IMG/VR virus record: IMGVR_UViG_3300000357_000189
Source: a virus
Lineage: Duplodnaviria; Heunggongvirae; Uroviricota; Caudoviricetes
Direction: 5' to 3' (one strand)
Length of the DNA stretch: 5,087 nucleotides
Shown: piece after piece, positions 4,036 to 5,087 of the stretch
Layout: the number at the start of each line of letters is the position of its first letter
Position numbering within the stretch: position 1 is the stretch's first letter
The notes under the pieces: generated by a model
The model's database searches: none
Seen by the model: only the letters and a program-made list of their open reading frames with translations
What the model was told of the DNA's origin: nothing
Program-made: the position numbers and the translations under genes

Positions 4036-5087
4036 AACTGGCACCGAACGTAAAACAGCAGTCACGCGGCATAAAACACAAAGAAACAGAAGTCATTATT
4101 TTTGCGGGTAGTGATGCCTGGTCACACGCAAAACAATGGCAGGAACATGACGCGCGTATGGCCGGAGATAATGAGCCTCCTGTGTGGCTTGGGGAGCAGC
4201 AGTTATCCGAACTGGATAAGCTGCAAATTGTGCCNNNNNNNNNNNNNNNNNNNNNNNNNNNNNNNNNNNNNNNNNNNNNNNNNNNNNNNNNNNNNNNNNN
4301 NNNNNNNNNNNNNNNNNNNNNNNNNNNNNNNNCGCATATTCAGGGCCGGATATCTTGCGCCAGTAATGATAAAGGCGATTGGTCAGAAGCTGGCGGCAGC
4401 AGGCGTACAGGATGCAAATTTTTACCCTGATGGTATGCACGGTCAGAAGGTGGAGAACTGGCGCGAATATCTGGCCCGTGAGCGCCAGAATCTTTCTGAT
4501 GGTCTGGTCATTGAGCTTCCGGTAAAGCAAAAGGCGCAACTTTCGCAGATGGCGGANNNNNNNNNNNNNNNNNNNNNNNNNNNNNNNNNNNNNNNNNNNN
4601 NNNNNNNNNNNNNNNNNNNNNNNNNNNNNNNNNNNNNNNNNNNGCGCGCAGCTGCTTGCCGATCGCTTTGATGGCGTTTGCGTACATCCTGAAAGTGAAA
4701 TCGTTCACGTATGGCGCGGCGGGGTATGGTGTCCGGTCAGCACAATGGAACTTAGCCGCGAAATGGTGGCGATCTATTCAGAGCACAGGGCCACTTTCAG
4801 CAAGCGCGTAATCAATAACGCCGTGGAAGCGTTAAAAGTTATTGCCGAACCAATGGGCGAGCCGTCCGGCGATTTGTTGCCGTTCGNNNNNNNNNNNNNN
4901 NNNNNNNNNNNNNNNNNNNNNNNNNNNNNNNNNNNNNNNNNNNNNNNNNNNNNNNNNNNNNNNNNNNNNNNNATGGTGCGCTTGACCTGAAAACGGGGGA
5001 ATTTTCCCCGCACACGCCGGAGAACTGGATCACCACGCACAACGGCATTGAGTACACGCCACCAGCACCAGGGGAGAACATCCGCGA
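4032..5087 (+). CDS. Primase/helicase-type replication protein (P4-family primase / D5_N-like region), 3' end outside window; interrupted by N-runs 4235-4332, 4557-4643 and 4887-4972. The first segment (4032-4234) could be a separate upstream ORF.
   Basis: Coding-looking segments in successive frames: MKLAPNVKQQSRGIKHKETEVIIFAGSDAWSHAKQWQEHDARMAGDNEPPVWLGEQQLSELDKLQIV (4032-4234); ...YLAPVMIKAIGQKLAAAGVQDANFYPDGMHGQKVENWREYLARERQNLSDGLVIELPVKQKAQLSQMA (4333-4556); AQLLADRFDGVCVHPESEIVHVWRGGVWCPVSTMELSREMVAIYSEHRATFSKRVINNAVEALKVIAEPMGEPSGDLLPF (4646-4886); GALDLKTGEFSPHTPENWITTHNGIEYTPPAPGENIR (4975-5085). LADRF...W..W and G.LDL.TGE..PH.PE motifs are, from memory, characteristic of the D5_N / P4-type primase C-terminal region. 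Confidence 0.6.

Noticed and set aside
4032-4234. Toprim-like primase domain call for the segment ETEVIIFAGSDAWSHA
   Set aside because: It only loosely resembles the E-G-x-x-D/T-A primase motif and lacks the conserved glutamate; too weak to assert without a profile search.
2344-4708. Minus-strand ORFs 2344-2565, 3189-3635, 3292-3534, 3374-3691, 3672-3866, 3824-4096, 4096-4539, 4508-4708 (also 4774-5040 and 4839-5081 further right)
   Set aside because: All are antisense to the RBS-supported, translationally coupled + strand operon or to the primase gene. Most span N-runs, which inflates their length, and their compositions look non-coding.
1-5087. tRNA, rRNA, CRISPR array, insertion-sequence or transposase signatures
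   Set aside because: No cloverleaf-like or rRNA-like sequence, no regularly spaced direct repeats with unique spacers, and no transposase-like ORF or terminal inverted repeats were seen in the unmasked sequence. The attachment-site tRNA is presumably outside the window.

Overview
This 5,087-bp window looks like the left part of an enterobacterial integrative mobile element of the P4-satellite / PICI / CP4-type, read from the sequence alone with no database search. All confident genes except one short leftward pair are on the + strand. In order: the 3' end of a tyrosine integrase (1-~350), an AT-rich intergenic region with palindromes and 10-bp-phased short repeats (407-794), an AlpA-family regulator (795-983), a leftward pair made of a ribbon-helix-helix-like protein (1565-1744) and a small basic protein (1334-1507) ending at an intrinsic terminator (1211-1244), a divergent promoter region carrying three GTGTT-N-AACAC palindromes (1774-1847), a rightward operon of seven small translationally coupled ORFs I cannot assign to any family (1944-4035), and the start of a primase/helicase-type replication protein (4032-5087, 3' end outside the window). 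The best candidate for an undescribed system is the RHH-controlled switch plus the seven-gene operon it appears to govern. Ten N-masked runs (86-132 nt) interrupt the sequence and do not preserve reading frame, so gene ends and starts that fall inside them are approximate. No tRNA, rRNA, CRISPR array or transposase was seen.
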